Both the position numbers and the translations under genes were made by a program. From a virus (Duplodnaviria; Caudoviricetes): a stretch of DNA of 60,651 nucleotides. Positions 1-8,840 of this stretch are shown piece by piece (within the stretch, counting starts at the first letter, position 1; the number at the start of each line of letters is the position of its first letter). The DNA lies in the IMG/VR virus record IMGVR_UViG_3300037439_000042, positions 1 through 60,651 of that record. One strand, given 5' to 3'. A model generated the notes under the pieces. The model saw only the letters and a list, made by a program, of their open reading frames with translations, was not told where the DNA came from and ran no database searches.

Positions 1-131
1 CCGACTCTGCGCCCCACTCGGCGAGCATGTCGGCCGCCCACTCCGGCGAGATCAGATAGTCGAGCAGCTCATCGGGAACGGCTTCGCCGGTCGTCGCCGG
101 AGCGTGCTCGATCCCGATGTGAATGACGTTG
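1..131. repeat. Terminal direct repeat copy 1 (circular assembly overlap)
   Basis: Identical to 60521..60651 except position 127 (C) vs 60647 (G). Confidence 0.97.
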
Positions 132-772
132 TACGGGCTCTCGTCGCGGCAGGCCGTCGCGAGGGGCGAGTGCGGCAGGTCCGGGTTCCCGATCGCGAGG
201 ATTCGAGATAGCCGGTTCGATGCGATCGACTCGGCCGCCTGCCAGATCTTAGGGTCGACGCCTGAAGCCTCGTCGAGAATGACGAGCACGTACTTCGAGT
301 GCACACCCTGGAATGCCGCTTCATTGTCCTTCGACGTGGTGCGGCCGAAGGCGACGAGTTCTTCCCCGCCTGCCTCGTTCGGGATGTACCACTCGGTAAG
401 GTTCACGCGGCCGAAAAGATTCGCCCGGCCGTGCAGGCGGCCGATCTCGCGCCACAGCAGCGCCTTAACCTGCGGAGCGGTCGGCGCGGTCGAGAGTACG
501 AAGGCTTCGCCGGGCTTGTGGGAGGCGATCCACCACGCGGCCGTCACGGCGGCCGTGAACGTCTTGCCGACGTTGTGGCACGAGTGCACGGCCGTGCGCC
601 GGTTGTCGCGCACGCTCTCGATCACTTCGCGCTGCTTCGACCAGAGATGCACCCCGGCCTCGTCGTTCGCCCATCGCACGGGGTCGGCCGTGTAATCGAT
701 CTTCGCGCGCTCGGCATCGTCGAGTGCGGCGATGATCTCGGCCGCGAGATCCGGAGCGGTAGGCGACGACAT
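1..772 (-). CDS. terL: Terminase large subunit, N-terminal ATPase part (continues across the circular join into 60520..59742)
   Basis: Manual translation from ATG at 772: MSSPTAPDLAAE...WSKQREVIES...HSCHNVGKT (Walker A)...STAPTAPQV...VLVILDEASG (Walker B)...ILAIGNP. In frame with ORF 59742..60548 via the terminal overlap. Confidence 0.93.
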   Translation of the reverse strand, partial: MSSPTAPDLAAEIIAALDDAERAKIDYTADPVRWANDEAGVHLWSKQREVIESVRDNRRTAVHSCHNVGKTFTAAVTAAWWIASHKPGEAFVLSTAPTAPQVKALLWREIGRLHGRANLFGRVNLTEWYIPNEAGGEELVAFGRTTSKDNEAAFQGVHSKYVLVILDEASGVDPKIWQAAESIASNRLSRILAIGNPDLPHSPLATACRDESPYNVIHIGIEHAPATTGEAVPDELLDYLISPEWAADMLAEWGAES

Positions 773-787
773 ACGCCGAGTATACGG

Positions 788-812
788 AAACGGCCGCCCG
801 AAGGCGGCCGTT
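788..812. terminator. GC hairpin, probable intrinsic terminator
   Basis: aacggccgcc-cgaa-ggcggccgtt between the HTH gene stop and the terL start. Confidence 0.6.
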
Positions 813-822
813 CGTTGTGCGT

Positions 823-1143
823 CTACAGAACCGGGCTCGGCGTCTTCGTGCGGCGCGACGCTTTCGCCTTGACCGTGGGGCGGTTCTGCCGCTGCGTGTA
901 CCACGCCTTGAGTGCCTCGTACTCGAAGACGTATTGCGCCCGGCTGCCGTTCGCCTTGCGCCACGTCGCGTCGGTCTCGATCCGGAGTCGGATCAAGCGC
1001 GGGTCGGCCGCCTTGTTGCTCATCATGAGCAGGTTGCGGAAGTGATCGCGCGTGTACCCGAAGTGGTCCGCTGCCTGGTCGGCCGTGAGCAGGTCGCCCG
1101 GCTCGTACACTCTGACCATTTTCATCTGTGTCTGTCCTCTCAT
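823..1143 (-). CDS. Helix-turn-helix DNA-binding protein (Xis/MerR-like); true start probably the downstream MKMVRV
   Basis: LLTADQAADHFGYTRDHFRNLL HTH pattern and a basic C-terminus. Confidence 0.65.
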   Translation of the reverse strand: MRGQTQMKMVRVYEPGDLLTADQAADHFGYTRDHFRNLLMMSNKAADPRLIRLRIETDATWRKANGSRAQYVFEYEALKAWYTQRQNRPTVKAKASRRTKTPSPVL

Positions 1144-1453
1144 CGGTATCTAATAAAGGTACGGGTCGACCTCGTCGGTTACCCGTGGAATCTGCGTCGT
1201 GTCGTCGTCGGTGCGCTCGTACGGCTCGGGCTCGGGCTCGTCGCCGAAGTCGTAGGCGTCGCCTCCGCGCTTCACGGCGATGAACGGGCCGACTCCGGCG
1301 AGCGCGACCGTCGCGAATATGAGCACGGCCTGCGTAACGGTCATGGTCCTACTTTCAGGTACGTCTCGGCGAGCGCGATCAGTGCGAGCGCCGAGCACAT
1401 CATCACTGCGCCGACGACCACAAACATCAGGCCGACGCGCTTCGGGTCGAGCT

Positions 1454-1759
1454 TCACGCCGTGTCGGGTCCGAACATCGATGTCATGATGCCGTCGCGGC
1501 GTGCGGCAGCGCTGCTGGCGATGTCGTCGGCGTAGCCTTCGAGCCTGCGGATCGCGCGGACAGCGAGCGGCGCGTTCCGCAGCAGCGCGAGCGCTGCCTG
1601 CTCGGCGTCGGCGAGCTGTTCCTTCGTCGGGTTGTGCGCGTACCCACCTTCGATCTGCTCGGCGAGCAACTGCACGCCTTCGGCGAAGCCCTTGAGTTCG
1701 AGCGCCGTCAGCTTCGGTGTCGCGGCGTGCGCGGCCTTCGTGTCGGTCATGTCGTCCAT
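1454..1759 (-). CDS. Hypothetical protein
   Basis: MDDMTDTKAAH... preceded by a GGGAGA RBS; phage-like codon usage. Confidence 0.6.
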   Translation of the reverse strand: MDDMTDTKAAHAATPKLTALELKGFAEGVQLLAEQIEGGYAHNPTKEQLADAEQAALALLRNAPLAVRAIRRLEGYADDIASSAAARRDGIMTSMFGPDTA

Positions 1760-1764
1760 TCTCC

Positions 1765-1959
1765 CTATCCGAATACGAGCAGGCCACCGACGAGCACGAC
1801 GGCGACGCCGAGCAGCAGTACCACAATGAACACGATTCCGGCGACGATGTCGCGCCACAGCGCGTCGGCCTTCGGTGCGTGCTTCGTGCGGTAGACAGCG
1901 CCGGAAGGCTCGCGGTACGCGAGCTTCGCTCGGCGGTTCGTCGGGGTCATGGTCGTCAT
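1765..1959 (-). CDS. Small membrane protein
   Basis: MTTMTPTNRR... with a C-terminal hydrophobic helix; AGGA RBS. Confidence 0.55.
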   Translation of the reverse strand: MTTMTPTNRRAKLAYREPSGAVYRTKHAPKADALWRDIVAGIVFIVVLLLGVAVVLVGGLLVFG

Positions 1960-2021
1960 TGTTTCATCCTGTCCCGCGTCGGTCGGTGCCCTGCGTCCGA
2001 GCACCGACCTTGCGGAAGCTG

Positions 2022-2582
2022 TTAACTCATGGTCTCGACGTCGATCACGATCGCGAAGAAGCCGAGCTTCTTCGCCCACAGCTTCGCGATCTTGCCGAGC
2101 GTCTTCGCGCGGATCGTGTGGTTCCCGTCGCGCAGGACCCACCGGCCGCGCTCACGCGTGACCCGTCCGCCGATCGAGTCGACGTCGAAGGCGGCCGTCG
2201 CGATGGCTTCGTGCGTGCTGTACTTCGTGATCGCGATCTGTCCCTGCGAGCCGGTCGGCGTGACGTACTCGCCGAGAGCGGCGTCGAGCAGTTCCCCGGC
2301 TTCGGCGTCGGCCGCCTCGTCGCGCTCGATACCTTCTTCGATGTACGCGGCGTCGGCGTCGGCGCTGGACTGCTGCGCGGCGCGGTACTGCTCGGCGAAG
2401 CGCTCTTGCGCGGCGTCGTCGATGTTCTCGATCGCGATCGACAGCTCTGCGAGACCGTCGTGAGCGAGCACGGCGACGAGTTCGCTCTTCTTCATGGTCG
2501 AGCGACCGGCGATGTTGTAGGAAGCGGCAAGCTTGCGCAGCTCGGCGACGGTCTTGCTGTTCAGGGAAGCCGTGATGTCCAT
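2022..2582 (-). CDS. Protein with an N-terminal Rho_N-like helix-extension-helix nucleic-acid-binding domain
   Basis: LNSKTVAELRKLAASYNIAGRSTMKKSELVAVL matches the Rho N-terminal domain pattern; conserved leader motif upstream. Confidence 0.75.
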   Translation of the reverse strand: MDITASLNSKTVAELRKLAASYNIAGRSTMKKSELVAVLAHDGLAELSIAIENIDDAAQERFAEQYRAAQQSSADADAAYIEEGIERDEAADAEAGELLDAALGEYVTPTGSQGQIAITKYSTHEAIATAAFDVDSIGGRVTRERGRWVLRDGNHTIRAKTLGKIAKLWAKKLGFFAIVIDVETMS

Positions 2583-2677
2583 CGTTTCGTCCTATCGTCT
2601 GTGTCGGTCTTGCTGGTGAAATAAATTTAGCATGAGGTTCGGGGACCCCGCAAGGGGGGTCCCCGATTTACTTCAGA

Positions 2678-2926
2678 TCATGTGTTTCTGCTGGTAGCGC
2701 GCCCCTTGCGCGCCCACGGATGCCCACCTTCGAAGCGGGACGGATGCCGTTCGTCGGGGCCGGGAAGGATCGTCTGCGCCGCGTACTGCCTGCGCTTCGT
2801 GCTGCCGTCCGGGAAGCGCGACATGATGTTGTACCCGCGAGCGCTTGGGTTGACGCTGTAGACGGTCGACCCGTCCGGCAGCACGTCGCCGACCTTCACG
2901 TCTCGCGCTCTGAGCGGCTCCGTCAA
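2678..2926 (-). CDS. Hypothetical protein
   Basis: ORF track; overlapping-stop/start operon packing. Confidence 0.5.
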   Translation of the reverse strand: MTEPLRARDVKVGDVLPDGSTVYSVNPSARGYNIMSRFPDGSTKRRQYAAQTILPGPDERHPSRFEGGHPWARKGRATSRNT

Positions 2927-3059
2927 CGCTGCTCTTTTCCCTTGCTGCTGTACTTGCTCCCGAAGGGGTTCCCCCTCGTCGTCTGGTCGCGAACGGCCTC
3001 CGTCTGCGGGTCACGCGGCGTCGGCTGCGAGCCGATGCGGGGTGGGCGCTGTGCCATGT

Positions 3060-3569
3060 CTAGTCCTCCGTGGTTTCGTAGGTCTCGCGGTGCGTGGCGC
3101 ACCACGGCGTGTCGATCTCCGTGCGCACGTAGCAGTCGTACGCCGTGCAGCTCAGCACCGACGCGCAGAGACGTTCGTACGTGTCGCGTTCCTGCTCAAA
3201 GAGTCCTTCGGGCGCGTCGCCCCGGTCGACCGTGTTCCGCGCCGCCTGCGCGTTCTGTTGCGCCGAGCGGATCACGACGACGAACTGCACGGGCAGCTCG
3301 CCAAGGAACGGCACGATCTCGGCGGGCGAGTGGTGCGCGGGGTCGCGGTAGCCGTGCTGATTCTCGAAGCGCTGCGCGCCGCCGAAGGCCCCGTTCCGAT
3401 TCTTGTAGACGAAGCGCTTGATCGGGGTCTCGCTCGGCCGGTCGCCCCGGTGCTGAACCGTCAGCTCGGCGCGGCCGTCGTTCCACTCTTGCAGTCGATA
3501 CTGATACGCGGCGCTGCGCGCCTGCTGCACGTTGATCTGCTTGGGATGCAGATTCCAGACCAGTTGCAT
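3060..3569 (-). CDS. Hypothetical protein
   Basis: 169-aa ORF with a GACGAGAGGACA leader. Confidence 0.65.
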   Translation of the reverse strand: MQLVWNLHPKQINVQQARSAAYQYRLQEWNDGRAELTVQHRGDRPSETPIKRFVYKNRNGAFGGAQRFENQHGYRDPAHHSPAEIVPFLGELPVQFVVVIRSAQQNAQAARNTVDRGDAPEGLFEQERDTYERLCASVLSCTAYDCYVRTEIDTPWCATHRETYETTED

Positions 3570-3673
3570 CGGTTGTCCTCTCGTCGTATGTCGATGTCGA
3601 AAAATTTATCACACGCTGCCACGGCACACAACAGCGGGTCTCACCTGCGACAACGCCGAAGGCGGGTACCCGG

Positions 3674-3702
3674 TTGCGCGCCCCGGAAGGCTCGTGTATA
3701 TT
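3674..3702 (+). promoter_or_regulatory. Sigma70-type promoter driving the Y-RNA array and Ro60 gene
   Basis: TTGCGC-17 nt-TATATT about 10 nt upstream of the first RNA module; GGGTACCC palindrome at 3664-3671. Confidence 0.65.
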
Positions 3703-3712
3703 CGAATCATGC

Positions 3713-3818
3713 ACCGATGAAGTGCAGCGCTCGGATACTTCAGGTTCGAATCCTAAACACAGCTACCGCAAGGTTCGCCGTGATTGGCAAATGACCGAAC
3801 GCGTCTTGATTCATCGGT
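3713..3818 (+). ncRNA. Y-RNA-like module 1
   Basis: Closing stem accgatgaa/ttcatcggt; GAAGTG...CGGATACTTC...TTGATTC scaffold; T-loop hairpin agg-TTCGAAT-cct. Confidence 0.7.
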
Positions 3819-3825
3819 TCCAACT

Positions 3826-3950
3826 TCATCATGAAGTGAAGTCACGCGGTTACTTCCACTACCAATCTCAGTGGACGCGGTAAGCATCCGGTTAGGCCGG
3901 GGGTAGCTTCCGATCACGTCCGTTCCCGCCGACGCTCTGATTCATGATGA
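3826..3950 (+). ncRNA. Y-RNA-like module 2
   Basis: Closing stem tcatcatgaa/ttcatgatga; GAAGTG...CGGTTACTTC...CTGATTC scaffold; internal hairpins. Confidence 0.65.
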
Positions 3951-3961
3951 TCTAAGTTCAT

Positions 3962-4102
3962 GGTTGCCCGAAGTGCAGGTTTCGCATACTTCACAGGGAA
4001 CCGAAGGTCACCGGTTCGAATCCGGTCCCCCGGCAGTGCCGGGGGTAGCTCAGTGGCAGAGCGTCGGTCGCAAGCGCGGTACCGACTTTGATTCGGGCAA
4101 CC
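3962..4102 (+). ncRNA. Y RNA (YrlA-like) module 3 with a permuted tRNA-like domain
   Basis: Closing stem ggttgcccgaa/ttcgggcaacc; T arm ccgg-TTCGAAT-ccgg, then a loop-closed acceptor-like stem, then D arm TAGCTCAGTGGCAGAGC (T before D, as in YrlA). Confidence 0.85.
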
Positions 4103-4117
4103 TCATAATTTTCACAT

Positions 4118-4203
4118 CTCCCGATGTGACGCGAGCGGTTACTTCACATTTCTTTTGCAAAGAAATCGGTGTTCCGATTACCGCACGCAACTTGAATCGG
4201 GAG
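4118..4203 (+). ncRNA. Y-RNA-like module 4 (short)
   Basis: Closing stem ctcccgat/atcgggag; GATGTG...CGGTTACTTC...TTGAATC scaffold; hairpin atttct-TTTGCAA-agaaat. Confidence 0.65.
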
Positions 4204-4212
4204 GTCTCAACT

Positions 4213-4366
4213 GAAGAGCGGCGCGCGAAGTGCAGAGAACGGTTCCTTCCGTCTGTTAAACGGCTGATCCGGGTTCGAGTCCCGGCCGATCGCTTACCCG
4301 ATCGGTAGCTCAACTGGCAGAGCAGCAGTGTCCCGATCTCGATCGGATTCGCGCGCCGCTTTCTTC
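4213..4366 (+). ncRNA. Y RNA (YrlA-like) module 5 with a permuted tRNA-like domain plus an anticodon-like arm
   Basis: Closing stem agcggcgcgcgaa/ttcgcgcgccgct; ccgt-CTGTTAA-acgg; T arm ccggg-TTCGAGT-cccgg; loop-closed acceptor ccgatcg/cgatcgg; D arm TAGCTCAACTGGCAGAGC. Confidence 0.85.
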
Positions 4367-4404
4367 GGGTGTAGTCCTCCCACCCCGTATGAAGAGAGGA
4401 CATC

Positions 4405-6069
4405 ATGACGAAATTCAACCGCGCAGGAACTCGCACCGCGACCACGTCGCCCGTGACGAGCGCCCGTAAGCGCGATCTCACGACTCACGAAGGCGCTCCC
4501 GGCTACAAGCGCGACGCGCGTAGCGAGCTGTTCATGCTCGGCGCAGGCCGGTTCTTCGGAGAGAAGTCGTTCTATGAGACGGCGCACGACGGAGCCGACC
4601 GGTTCCGCGCGCTCGTCGCCGACGTCGCTCTGTCCGACCCGGTGTGGCTCGCGCGGTTCCTGAAGTGGCTCCGCAGCGAAGCCAACATCCGCACGGCCGC
4701 GATCGTCGGCGCAGTCGAGTACGTTCGCGCCATGCAGCGTCCGGAGGCGGCCGACATCCTCGCGATGCGCGCCGGAACGAGGCGAAGCGAGTTCACCTCG
4801 CGCGCCGTCGTGCGTTCGGTGCTACAGCGCGCCGACGAGCCCGGCGAGATGATCGCGTACTACCGCTCGCGGTACGGCCGCTCGATCCCGATCGCCGTGA
4901 AGCGCGGCATCGCGGACGCCATCGTGGGGCACGGCACGGACCGGAAGGCGCTGTACAGCGAGTACACGGTGCTCAAGTACGACACGGACTCGCACGGCTA
5001 CCGCTTCGGCGACGTGATCGACACCGTGTGCCCGACGACGTGGCACCCTTCGGTGCGCAGGACCGCGCTCGGCGATCTCTTCGAGTACGCAATCGACCGT
5101 CGCCACGGCCGCGCCGACGAAGACGGCTTCGCGATGCTGACGGCGAACCGGCGCATCCGGACCATCGCGGCTCGGGAACCGGCGATTCTGCTCGACCCCG
5201 AGCGGATGAAGACGGGTGGGCTCACGTGGGAAGACGCGCTCTCGCTCGGCGGGTCGAAGCTCGACAAGGCGAAGCTGTGGGAAGCGCTGATCGACGCCGA
5301 CGCGCTCGGTTACATGGCGATCATCCGCAACCTGCGCAACATGGACGAAGCCGGAGTGTCGAAGGCGCACGCGAAGAAGATCGTCGAGATCATCGAAGAT
5401 CCGGCTCGCGTCGCGGCGTCGCGTCAGCTTCCCTTCCGCTTCTACTCGGCGTATACGGCCGCGCCGTCGCTCCGTTGGGGGCAGGCGCTCGAAGAAGCCC
5501 TAGAAGCTTCGACGGCGAACATCCCGAAGCTGCCCGGCCGCACGCTCGTGCTCGTCGACACGTCGGGTTCGATGTCGTGGTCGAGCGTCTCGGGCAAGTC
5601 GGGCGTGCGACCGGTCGAAGTGGCGGCGCTCTTCGGCGTCGCGCTCGCGAAGAAGGCCGCGAAGGTCGACCTGTACGGGTTCGCCGACCGTGCCTTCAAG
5701 CACGAGCTTGCGTACGGCGGGTCGGTGCTCACGCAGACGAAGCAGCTCATCGCCCGCGTGGGCGAAGCCGGAGGCGGAACCGCTATCGCGAAGGCGATGC
5801 ACGACACCTTCGCCGGGCACGACCGCGTCGTGATCCTCACGGACATGCAGACCATGAACGAGCGCTACAGCTCGCCGTACGGTCCGGGTGACGTGAAGAA
5901 CGCCGTACCGGCGAACGTGCCCGTCTACGCGTGGAACCTCACGGGGTACGAGGCGTCGATGATGCCGACCGGGTCGGGCAACCGGCACGAGTTCGGCGGA
6001 TTCTCCGACTCGGCCTTCACGATCATGCAGACGCTCGAAGCTGGTCGTGACGGGAAGTGGCCCTTCTAG
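4405..6069 (+). CDS. Ro60/Rsr-like TROVE-domain RNA-binding protein with a C-terminal vWA domain
   Basis: THEGAPGY, ELF...FFGEKSFYE, RADEPGE, YMAIIRNLRN, RQLPFRFYSAY, MIDAS motif VDTSGSM, ILTDMQ, GGFSD. Confidence 0.93.
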   Translation: MTKFNRAGTRTATTSPVTSARKRDLTTHEGAPGYKRDARSELFMLGAGRFFGEKSFYETAHDGADRFRALVADVALSDPVWLARFLKWLRSEANIRTAAIVGAVEYVRAMQRPEAADILAMRAGTRRSEFTSRAVVRSVLQRADEPGEMIAYYRSRYGRSIPIAVKRGIADAIVGHGTDRKALYSEYTVLKYDTDSHGYRFGDVIDTVCPTTWHPSVRRTALGDLFEYAIDRRHGRADEDGFAMLTANRRIRTIAAREPAILLDPERMKTGGLTWEDALSLGGSKLDKAKLWEALIDADALGYMAIIRNLRNMDEAGVSKAHAKKIVEIIEDPARVAASRQLPFRFYSAYTAAPSLRWGQALEEALEASTANIPKLPGRTLVLVDTSGSMSWSSVSGKSGVRPVEVAALFGVALAKKAAKVDLYGFADRAFKHELAYGGSVLTQTKQLIARVGEAGGGTAIAKAMHDTFAGHDRVVILTDMQTMNERYSSPYGPGDVKNAVPANVPVYAWNLTGYEASMMPTGSGNRHEFGGFSDSAFTIMQTLEAGRDGKWPF

Positions 6070-6078
6070 CAAGGACTT

Positions 6079-6104
6079 AGGGGCGATCCTTCGGGGTCGC
6101 CCCT
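6079..6104 (+). terminator. Hairpin terminator after the Ro60 gene
   Basis: aggggcgatcc-ttcg-gggtcgcccct. Confidence 0.7.
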
Positions 6105-6218
6105 TCGTGATACTCTGACGTAAATCGACGAACGATGAAAGGACATGATCATGAAGTGCGGTAGCTGCTCGACGCTCTGCCCGACCTGCAGCCCGAAGCC
6201 GAACGGAGGCGGGAAGCG

Positions 6219-6932
6219 ATGAGTCTTGAAGCCGATTACAACAGCGTGAAGGGTCAGCTCGACGCCATGCGCGCGGCGCTCGCCAACGGCGACGCGTCAG
6301 ACGGGCACCACACGCACAACGAGCTGTACGAGTACCGGCTGCTGTACAACGCGCACGCGGCGCTCGCCTTCGATCATGCCGGGTGGGAAGTCACCCGGTC
6401 GTGGAAGCATCACAGCGGGGAAGCCTGCTTCGGCGGGGGATGGTTCGTCGTGCAGGTCGAGACTCCGGCCGGGCAGATCACGAACCACTACAAGGCCGAG
6501 CACTGGCGACACTTCGACGGCATCGCCGAAGTTCCGACGTCGCCGAAGTGGGACGGGCACACGCCGCCGGTCGCAGCGATGCGGCTCGAAGCCGCGATCG
6601 AGTTCCTGCGGCAGCGCTTCACGGAGATGAGCAACCGAGCCGACCTCATGAGCCGCGCGTACGCGCGCACGATCCGCGAGCGCGACATGCAAGCGGGACC
6701 GGGAGCGACACGCCATCACAACGCGCTGACGGCCGTCTCGGGCGCGGCGGCGCACCTCGTACAGCAGTGGGCGGAAGTGAGCGCAGACGGCCGGAATCAC
6801 CTGCTGTCGAACCTCGCGAAGTCCCTGCGCAATCTCGAATACGTCGAAGCGAAGCTAGGAATCGAGATCGACGAGGTTCGGGCGTGCACCGGCTGCAACG
6901 ATCAGTGCAGCTACTGCCGAAGCCGGTCATGA
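6219..6932 (+). CDS. WDGH-domain phage protein
   Basis: SDGHHTHNELYEYR...SWKHHSG...GWFVV...GQITNHY...WDGHT. Confidence 0.7.
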   Translation: MSLEADYNSVKGQLDAMRAALANGDASDGHHTHNELYEYRLLYNAHAALAFDHAGWEVTRSWKHHSGEACFGGGWFVVQVETPAGQITNHYKAEHWRHFDGIAEVPTSPKWDGHTPPVAAMRLEAAIEFLRQRFTEMSNRADLMSRAYARTIRERDMQAGPGATRHHNALTAVSGAAAHLVQQWAEVSADGRNHLLSNLAKSLRNLEYVEAKLGIEIDEVRACTGCNDQCSYCRSRS

Positions 6933-7124
6933 ACCGCTACGGATACCGTCACCCCGAAGACGTCAGCGAGCACAACATGCTCGCGGCGTCGCTCGACCCC
7001 GGATGGTTCATGCTCGTTCCGGCGTCGACCCTGTACCCGAGCACGGTCGGTCGGTGGTTCCACGCCGAAGGCTGCGCCGCCGGGCGCGAAGAGCGATGCA
7101 ACTGCGACACGAAAGAGACGAAGG

Positions 7125-7538
7125 ATGCCGACGAAGAGTAAGCCGAAGACATACAAGGCCCCGTACGACCGGAACGGGAACCTCATGCACTACCCCGAAA
7201 CGCAATGGTGGTACGACGAGGAGACGCAGCAGCGTCACGACGCGCCGCCGGAGTGGCGGACGCCGGAACCGATGCGCGCCGTGCTCGTGTACGAGGGGTA
7301 CGGCCGGGGTCGGAGCGCCGCCTATTTCATGTGGCGACACTTCGTGACCGGCACGCGGTACCCGATGTTCATGACCGATCTCGACGCGATGCTGCGGACG
7401 CGGACCATCCCCACGCAAGGCGTGCACGCGACGTGGATCGAGTGCAAGCGCGGCTCGAACTACGGCATCCGTGTTGCCACGGCCGCCGAGATCGAAGCCG
7501 CTGATAACGAGAGGATGATGGAACATGCTGCATCATGA
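7125..7538 (+). CDS. Hypothetical protein
   Basis: 137-aa ORF with GRGRSAAYF; typical codon usage. Confidence 0.65.
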   Translation: MPTKSKPKTYKAPYDRNGNLMHYPETQWWYDEETQQRHDAPPEWRTPEPMRAVLVYEGYGRGRSAAYFMWRHFVTGTRYPMFMTDLDAMLRTRTIPTQGVHATWIECKRGSNYGIRVATAAEIEAADNERMMEHAAS

Positions 7539-7693
7539 TCGCAGGCCGGAGCGCCCGAAGGCGGCCGGAGAAGAGCGCAAGACCGACCGGGATACGCGCA
7601 AAGAAACCCGCGTCGGCGACGCGCAGGCCGTTCGGGGGGACCCCGAAGAAGGACGACGAGAGCTAGGCTCACGGCACGAGGAGAGGACAGCGG

Positions 7694-7909
7694 ATGTACA
7701 CATATCCCAACTACATCGCAGGGTGGGACGTCGAGACGACGCACCCGATCGAAGAGACCGAAGAAGGTCCGATCGATCAGACGTGTCTCGACGCCGTGCA
7801 GCCTGCGGTGAACATGGCGGTCGACTGGCAGTCGACCGCGCACAGCTCGCAGCTGCAGGACCCGGACGGGACAGTGCACCTGATCGTCGTCCGGTCGAAC
7901 ACACCGTAA
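7694..7909 (+). CDS. Hypothetical protein
   Basis: GAGAGGACA RBS; followed by a hairpin at 7914-7937. Confidence 0.6.
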   Translation: MYTYPNYIAGWDVETTHPIEETEEGPIDQTCLDAVQPAVNMAVDWQSTAHSSQLQDPDGTVHLIVVRSNTP

Positions 7910-7956
7910 GAGGGGTCCCGGCCGCAAGGCCGGGACCGACGAAAGGATGAAATGAC

Positions 7957-8385
7957 ATGTTCGCAACGATCTTCGCGGCGCTGCTCGTCGGGCACTATCT
8001 CGGCGACTACTTCGTGCAGACGGACTATCAGGCGCAGCACAAGGGGCGCAAAGGAACTCGCCTTGAGAACTCCGAAGGTCGTTTTCATTGCGCTTTCCAC
8101 GCACTCACCTACACAGGGACGCTCGCCTTCGTGCTCGGCGCGGCGCTGCTCGTCGAAGACGTCGAGGCGGACGTGCAAACAATGTTCGTCATCTGGTCGG
8201 GACTGATTCTGAACGGGATCACGCACTACATCATCGATCGACGTTGGACGCTCGAAGCGTTCGCGCGGCTCATCGGCAAGAGCGGGTGGATCGACAACGA
8301 TCCCGAAGCCCTGCCGAAGCTCGACCAGGCGGCGCACGTCGTCATTCTCGGCGGCGTCGCGCTCGCGATGGCGGCGCTGATCTAG
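7957..8385 (+). CDS. DUF3307-like membrane protein
   Basis: HYLGDYFVQT, HALTY, HYIIDR and LDQAAH motifs with TM helices. Confidence 0.8.
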   Translation: MFATIFAALLVGHYLGDYFVQTDYQAQHKGRKGTRLENSEGRFHCAFHALTYTGTLAFVLGAALLVEDVEADVQTMFVIWSGLILNGITHYIIDRRWTLEAFARLIGKSGWIDNDPEALPKLDQAAHVVILGGVALAMAALI

Positions 8386-8537
8386 TCAAGCCGGGTACCC
8401 CGTTGGGGTATCCGGCTTTGTCGTTTCCGCAGGTCAACATATCTATGAGCGAAATAGGTGACCCCCGTAGACAGGCCCCGAACGGTCATGCTAATATTTT
8501 TACATCAGCAAGACGAACACGACGATAGGACGAAGAC

Positions 8538-8762
8538 ATGCAGAGCACGATTCCAGGACAGACGAACATCACCCGTAGAGCTGTGGAAGACGCGAACCGC
8601 AACGTGATCCGCGTCGGCGACACGGTTCGGCACAACGCCTTCGGACGCGACGCCGTCGTCACGAGCACGCACACGGCCGTCGTGAACGGCGTCCGGTACA
8701 ACGAGATCGACATCGACGCGCCGGGCGGTCCGTGGGACCCGAAGGACGTCCGCAAGCTCTAG
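8538..8762 (+). CDS. Hypothetical protein
   Basis: Conserved leader GACGATAGGACGA. Confidence 0.6.
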   Translation: MQSTIPGQTNITRRAVEDANRNVIRVGDTVRHNAFGRDAVVTSTHTAVVNGVRYNEIDIDAPGGPWDPKDVRKL

Positions 8763-8840
8763 CGCCTGCCCGTTGGGCTCGGTATCGGGGGAACCGAGCC
8801 CACGCGGAGAGTCGCTAGGCTCCAGATGAAAGGACGAATC

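Noticed and set aside
1-131. Biological terminal repeat of the virion DNA
   Set aside because: It falls mid-terL and its length is typical of an assembler overlap.
3962-4366. Ordinary tRNA genes suggested by GGTTCGAATCC and TAGCTCA motifs upstream of the Ro60 gene
   Set aside because: The T arm precedes the D arm and the acceptor stem is closed by a loop, so these are permuted Y-RNA domains, not tRNAs.
3713-4366. CRISPR array or protein-coding ORFs (3964..4308, 4050..4481)
   Set aside because: No identical repeats with regular spacers and no cas operon. The ORFs lack RBS and typical codon bias and coincide with RNA stems.
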